From IMG/VR virus record IMGVR_UViG_3300028840_006257, positions 124,001 through 188,000 of that record: DNA of 64,000 bases; one strand, given 5' to 3'. Positions 48,652 through 58,197 of this stretch are shown here, in pieces; the stretch's first letter is position 1, and each line of letters begins with the position of its first letter. The notes under the pieces were generated by a model. The model worked only from the letters and a program-made list of their open reading frames with translations, did not search any database and had not been told where the DNA came from. The position numbers and the translations under genes are program-made.

Positions 48652-51600
48652 GTGAACCTGAGTTTCCTGGACAGCCTTGAGGAGGCGACTAGGCCCGACG
48701 TGGAACGCCGCGCCTGGATCGACGACGTGCACCTGGAGCTCGTGACCGAGAAGACGCTGGACGGCGTCGTGGACGACTGCATCGCGTCGGGGCGTTTCGG
48801 TTGTGACCTGGAGACCACAGGTCTCGACAACCGGGTGTTCGACGGACGCACCAAGGACCAGATCGTCGGCTACTGCCTCAGCCCGGACGTGAAGCGGGGT
48901 TACTACATCCCCGTCCGGCACCGGAAGGGAGAGCAGCACAACCTCCCGATCCAGCGGGTCGAGACGGCCATCCGTCGCCTGGTGAGCTCCGAGGCCGTGG
49001 CAATCTTCCACCATGCGAAGTTCGACCAGGAGTTCCTCCAGTTCTGCGACCTCGGCCTCTGGGACGAGCCGCGCCAGTTCGACGACACGATGATCCTGGC
49101 GTACCTGTGGAACGCCAGGAACAAGCAGAAGGGCCTGAAGTACCTGGTCAGGACCCTCCTCGGCGTCGACATGATCGAGCTGGACGAGCTGTTTCCGGGC
49201 GATCACAAGGGCGCCAAGGACTTCTCCGAGCTCGACCCGTCGTGGGACCCCTGCGTCTGGTACGCGGCGGCGGACCCGCTGTTCACCTACCGGCTGTACG
49301 AGCACCTTCATCCCCTCGTGGCCGCGCCGGACGGGGACCGCGGGAGGGGGCAGGAGGTCGTCTACAACCTCGAGAAGATGTGCCTGCCGGCGACGCGCTG
49401 GATGGAGCGGTGCCGGGTCTACATTGACCAGGACAGGGTGACCGAGTTGATGCAGCTCGGACAGCAGGAGTACTTCGACTCGATGCGGGAGATCTACGAC
49501 TTCTCCAACGAGTCTCTCGGGCGGCGCATCGAACCAGGGTGGTTCAGGCTGCTGCGCGAGAAGTTCGTCGCGGACAATCCCGACTACAACATCAACCAGC
49601 AGATCCACGACTGTCGGCTCGAGGCGAAGAGGAAGGGGTTCGACGACCTGGACGGCAAGGGGCACTACTTCAAGACCGAGAAGGGGTGGCCCGAGCGCTG
49701 CGACGTGTTGAGTCGAGAGCAGCTCGGTCCCCTGTTCGAGGAACTCCAGATACCGGACCTGCGCAAGACGGAGAAGAAGGAGCAGGTTCAGACGACGCAG
49801 GCCGAGATCGCGCGCCTCGAGGAGCAGCATGGCGAGAAGTACCCGTTCCTGCCCAAGATCAAGCGCCTCGGCGAGCTGCAGAAGGCCCTGGGGACCTACC
49901 TCATCTCGCTCCGCAACGACGTGGGCCCCGACGGGACCCTGAAGATCGACTACAACCAGTGCGGGACGGACACGGGTCGCTTCACGACTCCCTCGTCGCA
50001 GAATCCTGCGTCCGACGGCGGGACGAAGTTCCCTATGCACGGGACCCCGGCCACCTACGACAAGTCGCGTCCTCAGTGTCTCCTGCGAGCTCGCGAGTGC
50101 GTCAAGGCGCGGCCCGGCAAGGCGATGGTCGCGTGCGATTTCGGTGGGGTCGAACTCAGGATCGCCACCATCCTGTCGGGCGAGCCCCTGTGGCTCCGCG
50201 AGTTCTTCCGGTGCAGCACGTGCGGCCAGACGTTTGACCGCGGCGACGGCAAGAGCACGCCGCCGGCTCCTCCGGCCTACTGTCCCAAGTGCGGGGACGA
50301 CCGTATTGGAGACCTGCACACCCTGACCGGCATCACCTTCTTCGGCGAGGACAAGGTCGGCACGAAGGAGTGGAAGCAGCTGCGGAACCGAGCGAAGAGC
50401 GCCAACTTCAGCATGGCGTACGGAGGGGGGCCCTCCTCCATAGTCCGCACCATCAAGTGCGACGAGCAGGAGGCCTCGCGGCACCATCTGGCCTTCAACC
50501 GAACCTACTCGACGCTGAAGGCGTGGTGGGACAGCGTAAAGGCGTTCGGCCGCGCGCACGGATACGTCAAGACGGCCTTCGGGCGCCACTACCCTATCCC
50601 CGACATCCAGCTGCCGACGAACGCCCGCGGCGTGCAGAAGCAACTCGCGGAGCAGTACAAGGCGAGGGTCGCGGCCGGGAAGAAGGCGACGCCGCCTGAC
50701 GAAGCGGCCATCCGGCGCCAGATGGACTGGAACCGAAAGTTCCGAGCGAAGGCCGAGCGCAACGCGACCAACGGACCGATCCAGGGCTGTCTTCACGCGG
50801 ACTGTCGGATTCCGACGTCTCTTGGGACTTGTCGGATCCAGGACCTCTGGGAACTCCGTGAACGAGGAGTTAGTAGATTCAAGGTATGGACCGGGCGAAA
50901 CTGGGAGGCCGCGTGCGCCCTCTACTCAGGATTGAAGGAGCTCGTCGTCACGGAGTTCGAATCGGGACAGACCATCAGGACGAGCCCCGAACACCTGTTT
51001 CGCGTGTATCGGGAGGGGGCGTTCGGCTGGGTTCGGCAGGACGAGCTCACGCCGGACATGTGGGTGGCGACGAATTCAATGCCCGTGATCTCAGAGGGAG
51101 AACCCGTTTACTCGTACGACTCGACGACGTTCGACCTAGAGGGGGACCCGGTCAAGATTCCGAATTTTCCCCACAATCGAAAGCCGTTCGTCTTCAAAGG
51201 AAATTCCCCAATCTTGTGGGAGTTTCTCGGAATGGTTTACGGAGACGGGACCATCCAGACGGATTACTTGCTGGTCCACGTCGGGGAGGCGCCGAAGCAC
51301 CTTACGACCGACTTCTCCGCCGAGCGGCTTGCTCGCGAATGCGCGGAGGAACTCAACGACGCGCTGGAAATTGGAGCCATAGCCCGGAAAAGATGTCGAA
51401 GGGAGGGCGACGCTCGGCGCCCTACCTGGCAGATCAAGGTCCACAATAAGTCGTTTCGCGACTTTTGCCGGATCGTGTTGGGCGTCGAAGATCAGAACAC
51501 CTGGACCAAGCGGTTCCCCCGCGCCGTGTGGTCGGAGAGCTACGAGAACCGCAACGCTTTCCTTCGGGGGTATTTTTCGGCCGACGGTGGCATCAACTGC

Positions 51601-52920
51601 GAAAGCGTGATCGATGTCCGGAGCGTGAACGAGGGTCTTCTGCGAGACGCGCACCAGCTGCTTCGCTCGGTCGGCATTCGTTCCACTCTCCGGCTGGCCT
51701 CTCAACGGGTGTCCGTCAAGGATCGACGAGCTTTTCGGGATCGAGTGGGATTCCTTCATTCCTACAAGCGCGACCGCATGGCCGCCATGACCGAGAATCC
51801 GTACTTCGATCAGTGGCACCTCTGTCCTCCAGATCTCGTTGGACGAGTGGGTCAGTGCGTTCGAGAGTCCTCGCTGTGGCTGACCCTGACCAAGGACGAG
51901 AAGTCCGCCGTCTACCGGCTGATGAAGGGTTCGGGAAGCAAGTCACAGTGTCTTCGTTTTCTCAACCGAGTGAAGGGCGCCGAGGTTCCGCAGAGCCTGC
52001 GGGACGCCCTAGTATACGACTTCGAGCGCATCGTCGATTCTGAGCATACTGGAGAAATCGTCGAGATGTATGATGTCGAGGTGTTCGACGACGAGCACGC
52101 GTTCGTGGCCGACGGTTACGTCGTCCACAACACCTCGGCGGACATCACGAAGCTGGCGATGGCCCTGATCTACAAGGAGTGCAAGAAGCGGGACTGGCTC
52201 GACAAGGTCTACATGATCATCACGATTCACGACGAGCTCGTGTTCGAGATCGATCTCGACATCCTCGCGGAGGCCGTCGAGGTGTTCCAGGAGATCATGA
52301 CCCGGAACAGGACGATCACGAAGATGTGCTGGTCCGTGCCCCTCACCACCGACTGCGAGATCGGGTTCGACTGGACCGTCCCGTACGACGTGAAGGACTT
52401 CAAGTACCGTCGGGTGCGGCCCGACGGCGTCCAGGTCAACGAGAAGGGGGAGCCGACCAAGAAGGTGTGGCCCGAGGAGTTCGTGAAACTCTTCGGTCCG
52501 GTGTACGGGTTTGCCGGGGACGCGGAGGCTCCTCCGGCCCCGGCTTTCAAGCCCCTTCCCGCACCGCCCGCGGAGGCGCCCCAGAAGGCCCAGGAGGCGC
52601 CCGCACCCGTCGAGGCCCCGTCGCTCCCGGAACGCGTCGTCGAGGCTCCCGAGCGCTCTGAGACGCCCTCGACGCCTCTCCCGGCGCCGACCCTCCCGTC
52701 GGCGCCCCTGGAACGTGGTCAGGTCTATGAGTACCGGCTGCGCGCCCTCGGGGTCGGCGTCGCGGACCGCCTGGCGCGCGCCATCGTACAGTGCCACGGT
52801 CGGGGGTCGCACCCGCTGCGCGTCGTCGGTCCGACGGGCGAGGAGGCCCTATGGGCCGGCGCGGAGATTCTGGTAAACCCCATTGAGTTCGAGACCGTCG
52901 CCGGCATGTACGGAATCTGA
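48652..52920 (+). CDS. polA: Family A DNA polymerase (3'-5' exo plus pol, no 5' exo) with intein (~974 aa spliced)
   Basis: Exo motifs CDLETTG, HAKFD and YAAAD; pol motif A CDFGGVELR, motif B RNRAKSANFSMAYG (Phe at the 762-equivalent position), motif C IHDEL. Confidence 0.93.
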   Translation: MNLSFLDSLEEATRPDVERRAWIDDVHLELVTEKTLDGVVDDCIASGRFGCDLETTGLDNRVFDGRTKDQIVGYCLSPDVKRGYYIPVRHRKGEQHNLPIQRVETAIRRLVSSEAVAIFHHAKFDQEFLQFCDLGLWDEPRQFDDTMILAYLWNARNKQKGLKYLVRTLLGVDMIELDELFPGDHKGAKDFSELDPSWDPCVWYAAADPLFTYRLYEHLHPLVAAPDGDRGRGQEVVYNLEKMCLPATRWMERCRVYIDQDRVTELMQLGQQEYFDSMREIYDFSNESLGRRIEPGWFRLLREKFVADNPDYNINQQIHDCRLEAKRKGFDDLDGKGHYFKTEKGWPERCDVLSREQLGPLFEELQIPDLRKTEKKEQVQTTQAEIARLEEQHGEKYPFLPKIKRLGELQKALGTYLISLRNDVGPDGTLKIDYNQCGTDTGRFTTPSSQNPASDGGTKFPMHGTPATYDKSRPQCLLRARECVKARPGKAMVACDFGGVELRIATILSGEPLWLREFFRCSTCGQTFDRGDGKSTPPAPPAYCPKCGDDRIGDLHTLTGITFFGEDKVGTKEWKQLRNRAKSANFSMAYGGGPSSIVRTIKCDEQEASRHHLAFNRTYSTLKAWWDSVKAFGRAHGYVKTAFGRHYPIPDIQLPTNARGVQKQLAEQYKARVAAGKKATPPDEAAIRRQMDWNRKFRAKAERNATNGPIQGCLHADCRIPTSLGTCRIQDLWELRERGVSRFKVWTGRNWEAACALYSGLKELVVTEFESGQTIRTSPEHLFRVYREGAFGWVRQDELTPDMWVATNSMPVISEGEPVYSYDSTTFDLEGDPVKIPNFPHNRKPFVFKGNSPILWEFLGMVYGDGTIQTDYLLVHVGEAPKHLTTDFSAERLARECAEELNDALEIGAIARKRCRREGDARRPTWQIKVHNKSFRDFCRIVLGVEDQNTWTKRFPRAVWSESYENRNAFLRGYFSADGGINCESVIDVRSVNEGLLRDAHQLLRSVGIRSTLRLASQRVSVKDRRAFRDRVGFLHSYKRDRMAAMTENPYFDQWHLCPPDLVGRVGQCVRESSLWLTLTKDEKSAVYRLMKGSGSKSQCLRFLNRVKGAEVPQSLRDALVYDFERIVDSEHTGEIVEMYDVEVFDDEHAFVADGYVVHNTSADITKLAMALIYKECKKRDWLDKVYMIITIHDELVFEIDLDILAEAVEVFQEIMTRNRTITKMCWSVPLTTDCEIGFDWTVPYDVKDFKYRRVRPDGVQVNEKGEPTKKVWPEEFVKLFGPVYGFAGDAEAPPAPAFKPLPAPPAEAPQKAQEAPAPVEAPSLPERVVEAPERSETPSTPLPAPTLPSAPLERGQVYEYRLRALGVGVADRLARAIVQCHGRGSHPLRVVGPTGEEALWAGAEILVNPIEFETVAGMYGI
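50788..52131 (+). mobile_element. Intein (448 aa, LAGLIDADG) in PolA at IQG|TSAD
   Basis: Starts CLHADC, ends YVVHN, +1 Thr; FLGMVYGDG and FLRGYFSADG motifs. Confidence 0.92.
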
Positions 52921-52951
52921 CCGTCGGTAGAGTAGACCCAGGACACGACCC

Positions 52952-53563
52952 ATGCTCAAACCGCTAGAGACCGAGTTCAAGGGACGGCCCCTGTCTCTCG
53001 AGTGCACCCACAGGCGCAACTTCCCTCCGCCTCAGATGTACGGACATACGATCGAGGACATCGACGTGCTGTGGAAGCAGGGGAACCTCGATCAGAATCA
53101 GCACCAGCTGCTCAAGACCTGGGCCGAGAACTGTGGCCTGATGGTCATGGGACCACGCTGCCTCGACTGTCCTCTCGCCCTCAAGCGGAATCCGCGTCCG
53201 GGTCGCCCCGAGGTCATCGAGACGGAGAACTGGCTCGAGGCCAAGCGCAGGATGCACTGGGAGGACATGAAGGCGGCCAAAAGGTCCGAGGAAGGTGACG
53301 ACCTCGAACAGCAGGAGGTCTCGGTGAGCGCGGTCGTGGACGACGTCGACGAGCCGCCACAGCCCGAGGACCTGGAATCCGTTCCCTGGACTGACAAGGA
53401 ACCCGTCGGCTTCAGGGACGTCGACGTGCCTGCTCCGCTCGGTGAGGCCGGGGACGAGGAACCCGAAGCTGCCGAGGAGGCCGACAAGGCGAGCGAAAAG
53501 TCGTCGGCATTGAAGGAGCCGGTCCTCTCCCAGGACATCATCGAGGCGCTCGCGGACGACTGA
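52952..53563 (+). CDS. Hypothetical protein with acidic C-terminal tail
   Basis: Clean ORF with a Cys cluster and an Asp/Glu-rich tail. Confidence 0.55.
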   Translation: MLKPLETEFKGRPLSLECTHRRNFPPPQMYGHTIEDIDVLWKQGNLDQNQHQLLKTWAENCGLMVMGPRCLDCPLALKRNPRPGRPEVIETENWLEAKRRMHWEDMKAAKRSEEGDDLEQQEVSVSAVVDDVDEPPQPEDLESVPWTDKEPVGFRDVDVPAPLGEAGDEEPEAAEEADKASEKSSALKEPVLSQDIIEALADD

Positions 53564-54510
53564 TGGTGAAGCCGAGGCGTCTTGAGCTCGACCCGAACGA
53601 CCGGGTGGTCGGCGTCCGTGCTCGAGAGAAGCGCGACCTCTTCGCGGGCTGCAACGAGCCCGGCCAGCGGTGGTTTCAGCGCGACCCTCACGAGTTCGAG
53701 CGCATCCACTGCCGCATCTGCAAGAACGCGGACTGCATCCGGGCGAAGGGAGCGGTCAGTCCTTGGGCGACTCGGATGCAGGAACAGGTGGACTACCTGC
53801 TCAACGCCCCGATCTTCTCCGACATGACCTCTCCCGAGCACAAGGCCCTGGCAGAGATGGCGTTCGAGTCGATCAGGGCGAAGGCCGAGCGCCTGGAGAT
53901 CGCTCGTGAGCGCCAGGACTGGACGATCCCCGACGACGGCCCGACCGACGGCTACGATAGGGTCTCGCAACCCGCGACCACGGAGGGCTTCGACGACGCC
54001 GTCAAGGCGCTGGCAAAGGCCAAGGGCAGGCCCGAACCCGAGCTGCCCACCGAGCGTCGGGAAGAGGGCCCAGCCCACTTCACGCCGGGTACCGACGAGG
54101 AACCCGAGTACGAGACTCGGTACCCGTCCTCGGACGGGAGCCGGACCTACCACGTGATGCTCGCGAGAGATGGTGCGTGGTCATGTGAGTGCGAGGGGTT
54201 CAGGCATCGCGGCAAGTGCAAGCACCTGGCGACCGTGCGCGCCTGGTACGAGGAGGAGGTGCGCAAGATCGAGGAGACCGAGCGGCGTCGGGAGGAGGAA
54301 CGGATCTCGCCTCCGCCTCCTCGGCCCACGGCCGACCCTCGCGTGCCCGTGAGCCGACCGCACAACACTCCGATGCCTCCCGGCGGCGTGATGGTGGGGG
54401 GAGCAGACTCGTCGGCCTCCTCGAGGGTCGAGAGGGATCCCTGGGAGATTCCCGACGAGCACGTGGTCGAGCCCGGGGCGACGGTCACGGTGAGGAGGAG
54501 CAAGAAGTGA
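53563..54510 (+). CDS. SWIM zinc-finger protein
   Basis: WSCECEGFRHRGKCKHL (CxC...CxH); TGATG overlap. Confidence 0.75.
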   Translation: MVKPRRLELDPNDRVVGVRAREKRDLFAGCNEPGQRWFQRDPHEFERIHCRICKNADCIRAKGAVSPWATRMQEQVDYLLNAPIFSDMTSPEHKALAEMAFESIRAKAERLEIARERQDWTIPDDGPTDGYDRVSQPATTEGFDDAVKALAKAKGRPEPELPTERREEGPAHFTPGTDEEPEYETRYPSSDGSRTYHVMLARDGAWSCECEGFRHRGKCKHLATVRAWYEEEVRKIEETERRREEERISPPPPRPTADPRVPVSRPHNTPMPPGGVMVGGADSSASSRVERDPWEIPDEHVVEPGATVTVRRSKK

Positions 54511-55580
54511 CCGAAGACTCGGAGATGCTCGCCGCCATCGAAAGGTTCAGCCGGGAGATGTTCGGGGAGGAGCCCGCCCTCGACGACCTCGTCCGGCGAG
54601 CGCGGTCGGGCTCCATGACCCTCCAGGAAGTCGTCAGGGAAACGTGGAGGATCGCGGCGATCTACCCCAACTTCGACAGCGAGCTGAAAGACGCGCTCTG
54701 CTCCGCGTTCGGCCTAGAGACGGCCTCGACGGAACTCGCCCGGTTCCCGGATAGGGACAGGCTGCTCGAGCGCTGGGGTTTCGCCGAGGAGGACCTGATC
54801 TACCAACCCTTCGAGGAGCGCCCCGACTACAAGATGCTCCATCCGCTGCTCATGGGCATGATCGTCGAGCTCATCCAGTTCGATGGCGACGTGCCGGAGC
54901 TGCGGACCGGCCGGATGCCCGAGGGAGGCAGCCCGGCCGTCCCGGTCGAGACGACTGCCCGCGATCCCGTCATGATAGGGGCCATGCTGCGGACGGCCAG
55001 CGCCGAGGTGGCCGGAGAGCTCCGCGCCGCCGAGGAGACACATGACCGGAAAGTGGGGAAGCTCGCCGAGGCACTCAGCGGCGAGGAGGGAGGAACGGAG
55101 TTGGTACGTCAGGAAGCCGAGCGCGCCGTCGGAGTCCCGGGTTACGAGCCGGGGAGGCGAGCACGTCCTCGTCGGGTCGACGCTCCGTTGTCCTCGGAGC
55201 TGGCCCGTCTGCCCTTCAGGGAACGACAGGAGCTTGCGCACAAGACGCTGACGAGCACGCAGGGACGTCGGTCGGCGGCTCCGGTGATCGCGAGCGGGGT
55301 CCTGGAGGAGCTCCACGAGCGGGGGTTCACAGGCGTGGCGATAGGAGAGGGATCCGAGAGGTTCGCGGAGGCCGAGTGGATCGTCTCCATCGACGGAGGA
55401 CGAGGCGAACGCAACCCAAACTTCAACTTCATCGAGACGGCGACGAGGGCCATCGCGGCCAAGCTAGGGAACGAGCTGAGCGGCAATGCCAGCCGCTACA
55501 CCCGCTTCCGTCTCCAGGTCAGGCCCGTGAACGAGGTCTCGGAGCGCCGCGTCGGTTGGCGCGCGGTCCTGTGCGAGTAA
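54507..55580 (+). CDS. Hypothetical protein (~357 aa)
   Basis: GTGA overlap at 54507 with SD GAGGAGGAG. Confidence 0.55.
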   Translation: MTEDSEMLAAIERFSREMFGEEPALDDLVRRARSGSMTLQEVVRETWRIAAIYPNFDSELKDALCSAFGLETASTELARFPDRDRLLERWGFAEEDLIYQPFEERPDYKMLHPLLMGMIVELIQFDGDVPELRTGRMPEGGSPAVPVETTARDPVMIGAMLRTASAEVAGELRAAEETHDRKVGKLAEALSGEEGGTELVRQEAERAVGVPGYEPGRRARPRRVDAPLSSELARLPFRERQELAHKTLTSTQGRRSAAPVIASGVLEELHERGFTGVAIGEGSERFAEAEWIVSIDGGRGERNPNFNFIETATRAIAAKLGNELSGNASRYTRFRLQVRPVNEVSERRVGWRAVLCE

Positions 55581-55662
55581 GGAGGGATCACGAACGGGGC
55601 TGGAGACGGCCGACGGCGCGCCCTCGAGACGGGAGCACTGTTCTTCGTGTATTAAGAGCAGG

Positions 55663-56025
55663 ATGGATCTCGAGGTCACCCACATGCTCGTCCTCGGTCG
55701 GATGATCGAGCACGCGCGACGCACGCGCGAATGGCTCGTCGTCGTGGCGCCGGAGCGGTCATTTCGCGGGCTCCTGCGCGTCCTCCCGGGGATCGCGCCC
55801 GCCGAAAGCCGCGTCCTGGGTTGCACGGTGCTGCTTTCCGACGGAGGGCGCGTGACCCTGACCGAGACGTCGCGCCCGGTGCATGGAGACGGTTACCGGG
55901 TCGCCTTCCTGGGCGTCGACGGTGCCGGGACGCCCCGCGAGGAGATCGCCATGCACGCGTGGCGCGAGGCGGCCCGGGGAACTCTCAGCCTGGGCGACAG
56001 ACCCGGAGAACTGAGGATCGGATGA
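55663..56025 (+). CDS. Hypothetical protein (120 aa)
   Basis: ORF after an AT-richer intergenic patch; fits operon tiling. Confidence 0.45.
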   Translation: MDLEVTHMLVLGRMIEHARRTREWLVVVAPERSFRGLLRVLPGIAPAESRVLGCTVLLSDGGRVTLTETSRPVHGDGYRVAFLGVDGAGTPREEIAMHAWREAARGTLSLGDRPGELRIG

Positions 56026-56462
56026 TGGCCCACCGCGAGTTCTGGATCTTCGAGGTCCTCGGCGGCCAGTCCTTCGACATGCGGGTGACGGGCAACCCGA
56101 CCATGCGTCACGACGGGAACCGCTCGATTGTCCGCTGTCTATGCACGGACGAGCAGGCGGCCGAGCTCGAGGACGAGATGCGGCGCCGAGGATGCCGGGT
56201 TCGGTCGAACTCGCCCAGGGAGGACGACGAGCAGGCACACGAACGCGAGAACCTGCTCGCCGTGCTCGGAGGGGAGCGGGCGTTCCCGTGCGAGCGCTGT
56301 CCCGAGTGTGCATGGTTCGACCCCCACTTGGAGAGCTTGTGCGGAGCCGGGTTCGCCGTCGCGGGTCGGGGTTGGGAGACTTCGGCCCGCGACGGTGCCA
56401 TGACGAACCAGAAGTTCCGCGACGACTGCGAGGCATGTCCGCTGCGGAGGGAGAGCTCTTGA
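56022..56462 (+). CDS. Hypothetical Cys-cluster protein (~146 aa)
   Basis: ATGA overlap at 56022; CERCPECAWF...C...CEACP. Confidence 0.5.
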   Translation: MMAHREFWIFEVLGGQSFDMRVTGNPTMRHDGNRSIVRCLCTDEQAAELEDEMRRRGCRVRSNSPREDDEQAHERENLLAVLGGERAFPCERCPECAWFDPHLESLCGAGFAVAGRGWETSARDGAMTNQKFRDDCEACPLRRESS

Positions 56463-57088
56463 GCGACGAGACGGAACGCAAGAACCCCGTCCTGGAGGTG
56501 AAGGACGGTGGCTACCCGGGCCGGGAAATGCTCGACTCGCTCAAGAAGACGTTGTTCGACACGGGCGGCGACAACTACCTCGGCAGCGGGATGACCTTTC
56601 ACGACTGGTTCGCCATGATGGACCTCCTGCGCTACGACCGATGGCAGGCGACGCAGGCTCCCCACGAGAAGCGCAGGCGCATGAGATACCTCATCTCGCT
56701 CTGCGCCGAGCAGGCTCGCCTCGTGGAGGAGAGCATCCAGGCCACCGGCATCTCCGAGATGCTGATCGAGGATCTGATCGCGGGAGACTGGAAGGGGGTC
56801 GACTGCTGCATCCAGAGCTTGAAGTTCGAGGGAGAGCGCCCGGAGTACCGACAGCCTCAGGCCGAGCGGTTCGCCCGCTTCGTAAAGATCGCCCAGGAGG
56901 CGTACGACACGCGCCCCAAGGTGTTCTGTCCCGTGTGCATGCGCCCCGCCCCGAAGGAACACGTCGGGGCGTTCCACGACGGACGCCACGTATGTCCCTG
57001 GTGCGAGGTCGTCCACGACGACGAGGGAAACTACGAGGACAGGGCCAAGGCCAACCTCAGGCCCGTGAAGGAGTCCGAGGATGGCTGA
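56459..57088 (+). CDS. Hypothetical protein with C-terminal Zn ribbon (~209 aa)
   Basis: TTGA overlap at 56459; CPVC...CPWC. Confidence 0.5.
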   Translation: MSDETERKNPVLEVKDGGYPGREMLDSLKKTLFDTGGDNYLGSGMTFHDWFAMMDLLRYDRWQATQAPHEKRRRMRYLISLCAEQARLVEESIQATGISEMLIEDLIAGDWKGVDCCIQSLKFEGERPEYRQPQAERFARFVKIAQEAYDTRPKVFCPVCMRPAPKEHVGAFHDGRHVCPWCEVVHDDEGNYEDRAKANLRPVKESEDG

Positions 57089-57470
57089 GCAGCTCCCGCT
57101 CGGCACGCGCCTCGATCCTCCGTGTCCCGAGTGCGGGGAACCGATGGTCCTGCGCGACAGCAAGTACGGGCTGTTCTACGGGTGCAGTGCCTTCCCTCAG
57201 TGCAGGGCGACGCACGGCGCCTATCCCGACGGTCGTCCCCTCGGGACGCCAGCCGACAAGGAGACGAAGAAGGCCCGCATCCGAGCTCATGACTGCTTCG
57301 ACCAGTTGTGGAAAGGCAGGCACATGGGCCGTGGCGAGGCGTACGCCTGGATGCAGGAGGCGATGAGTCTCTCCCCGGAGGAGGCCCACATCGGGAGATT
57401 CACGATCGACCAGTGCGACCGACTCGAGCTGCTCGTGGACGAGTACCTCGAGGAGAAGGACGACAAGTGA
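57081..57470 (+). CDS. Topoisomerase-type C4 Zn finger / DUF3268-like protein
   Basis: CPECG...MVLR..KYGLFYGCS.FP.C; PLGTPAD...R..AH..FD.LW; HIGRF...QC. Confidence 0.75.
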   Translation: MAEQLPLGTRLDPPCPECGEPMVLRDSKYGLFYGCSAFPQCRATHGAYPDGRPLGTPADKETKKARIRAHDCFDQLWKGRHMGRGEAYAWMQEAMSLSPEEAHIGRFTIDQCDRLELLVDEYLEEKDDK

Positions 57471-57727
57471 TGGACGCGGACACGCTCACCATGCTGCTCC
57501 TGGGCCACTGGACCATCGAGACCGACTGCGGCCCATGTCTCCGCCTCGTGCGCCATACGAGGTACACGGACCTTCCCGACGTCGAGGGGCCGTGGGTCTA
57601 CCCGGAGGACGCCGGGCTGCCTCGCTTCTGCGACGACTGGGACGCCACCCTTCGGGTCCTTTTGCCCTTGGCCGTTGACTCAATCATGGAACATCTCAGG
57701 AAGGAAACCCATGGAGAGACCATATAA
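57470..57727 (+). CDS. Hypothetical protein (~85 aa)
   Basis: Overlapping start at 57470; SD GGAG upstream. Confidence 0.4.
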   Translation: MDADTLTMLLLGHWTIETDCGPCLRLVRHTRYTDLPDVEGPWVYPEDAGLPRFCDDWDATLRVLLPLAVDSIMEHLRKETHGETI

Positions 57728-58007
57728 GCGGTGGGTTCAGAGCTTCTTCACGCCCGAAGGGCGAATGGGGGCGTGGGTCGTCGTCTGCGACTCCGAGGAG
57801 CAGGCGGACGCCGTGCTCGACGCCTTCGGGAAACCTCGGGACGGCGAGTCCGAGCTCTCGCTAGACCAGCAGGCCGGGCTGGCCGGGCACCGGACGGGGA
57901 CCGGACTTCCGGGGTTGTCGATGCAGCGAGAGGCCGAGCTGGCGCAGCCGGGGGTGCACGAGCCAGCGCCGAAGGGTGACGATGGATCGCGTCGGTTCCC
58001 TAGGTGA
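57711..58007 (+). CDS. Hypothetical protein (~98 aa)
   Basis: SD AGGAAGG before ATG 57711. Confidence 0.45.
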   Translation: MERPYKRWVQSFFTPEGRMGAWVVVCDSEEQADAVLDAFGKPRDGESELSLDQQAGLAGHRTGTGLPGLSMQREAELAQPGVHEPAPKGDDGSRRFPR

Positions 58008-58197
58008 GCGTCTGCGCTGGCACAGACAGGCGACCGGGATGACCGGCGCCGAGGTCGCTGCGGCGCTCAAGGTCTCGCCCGCCACGCTGTCTCGTTGGGA
58101 GAACGATCTGTTGTCACCCCCCGTGGTTCAGCTCCGACTCTTGGCGCGCGTGCTGGTCATTCCCGACTACTGGAACCTGCTGAGGGGCCCGGACTGA
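57982..58197 (+). CDS. XRE-family helix-turn-helix transcriptional regulator
   Basis: LGERLRWHRQATGMTGAEVAAALKVSPATLSRWEND. Confidence 0.85.
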   Translation: MDRVGSLGERLRWHRQATGMTGAEVAAALKVSPATLSRWENDLLSPPVVQLRLLARVLVIPDYWNLLRGPD

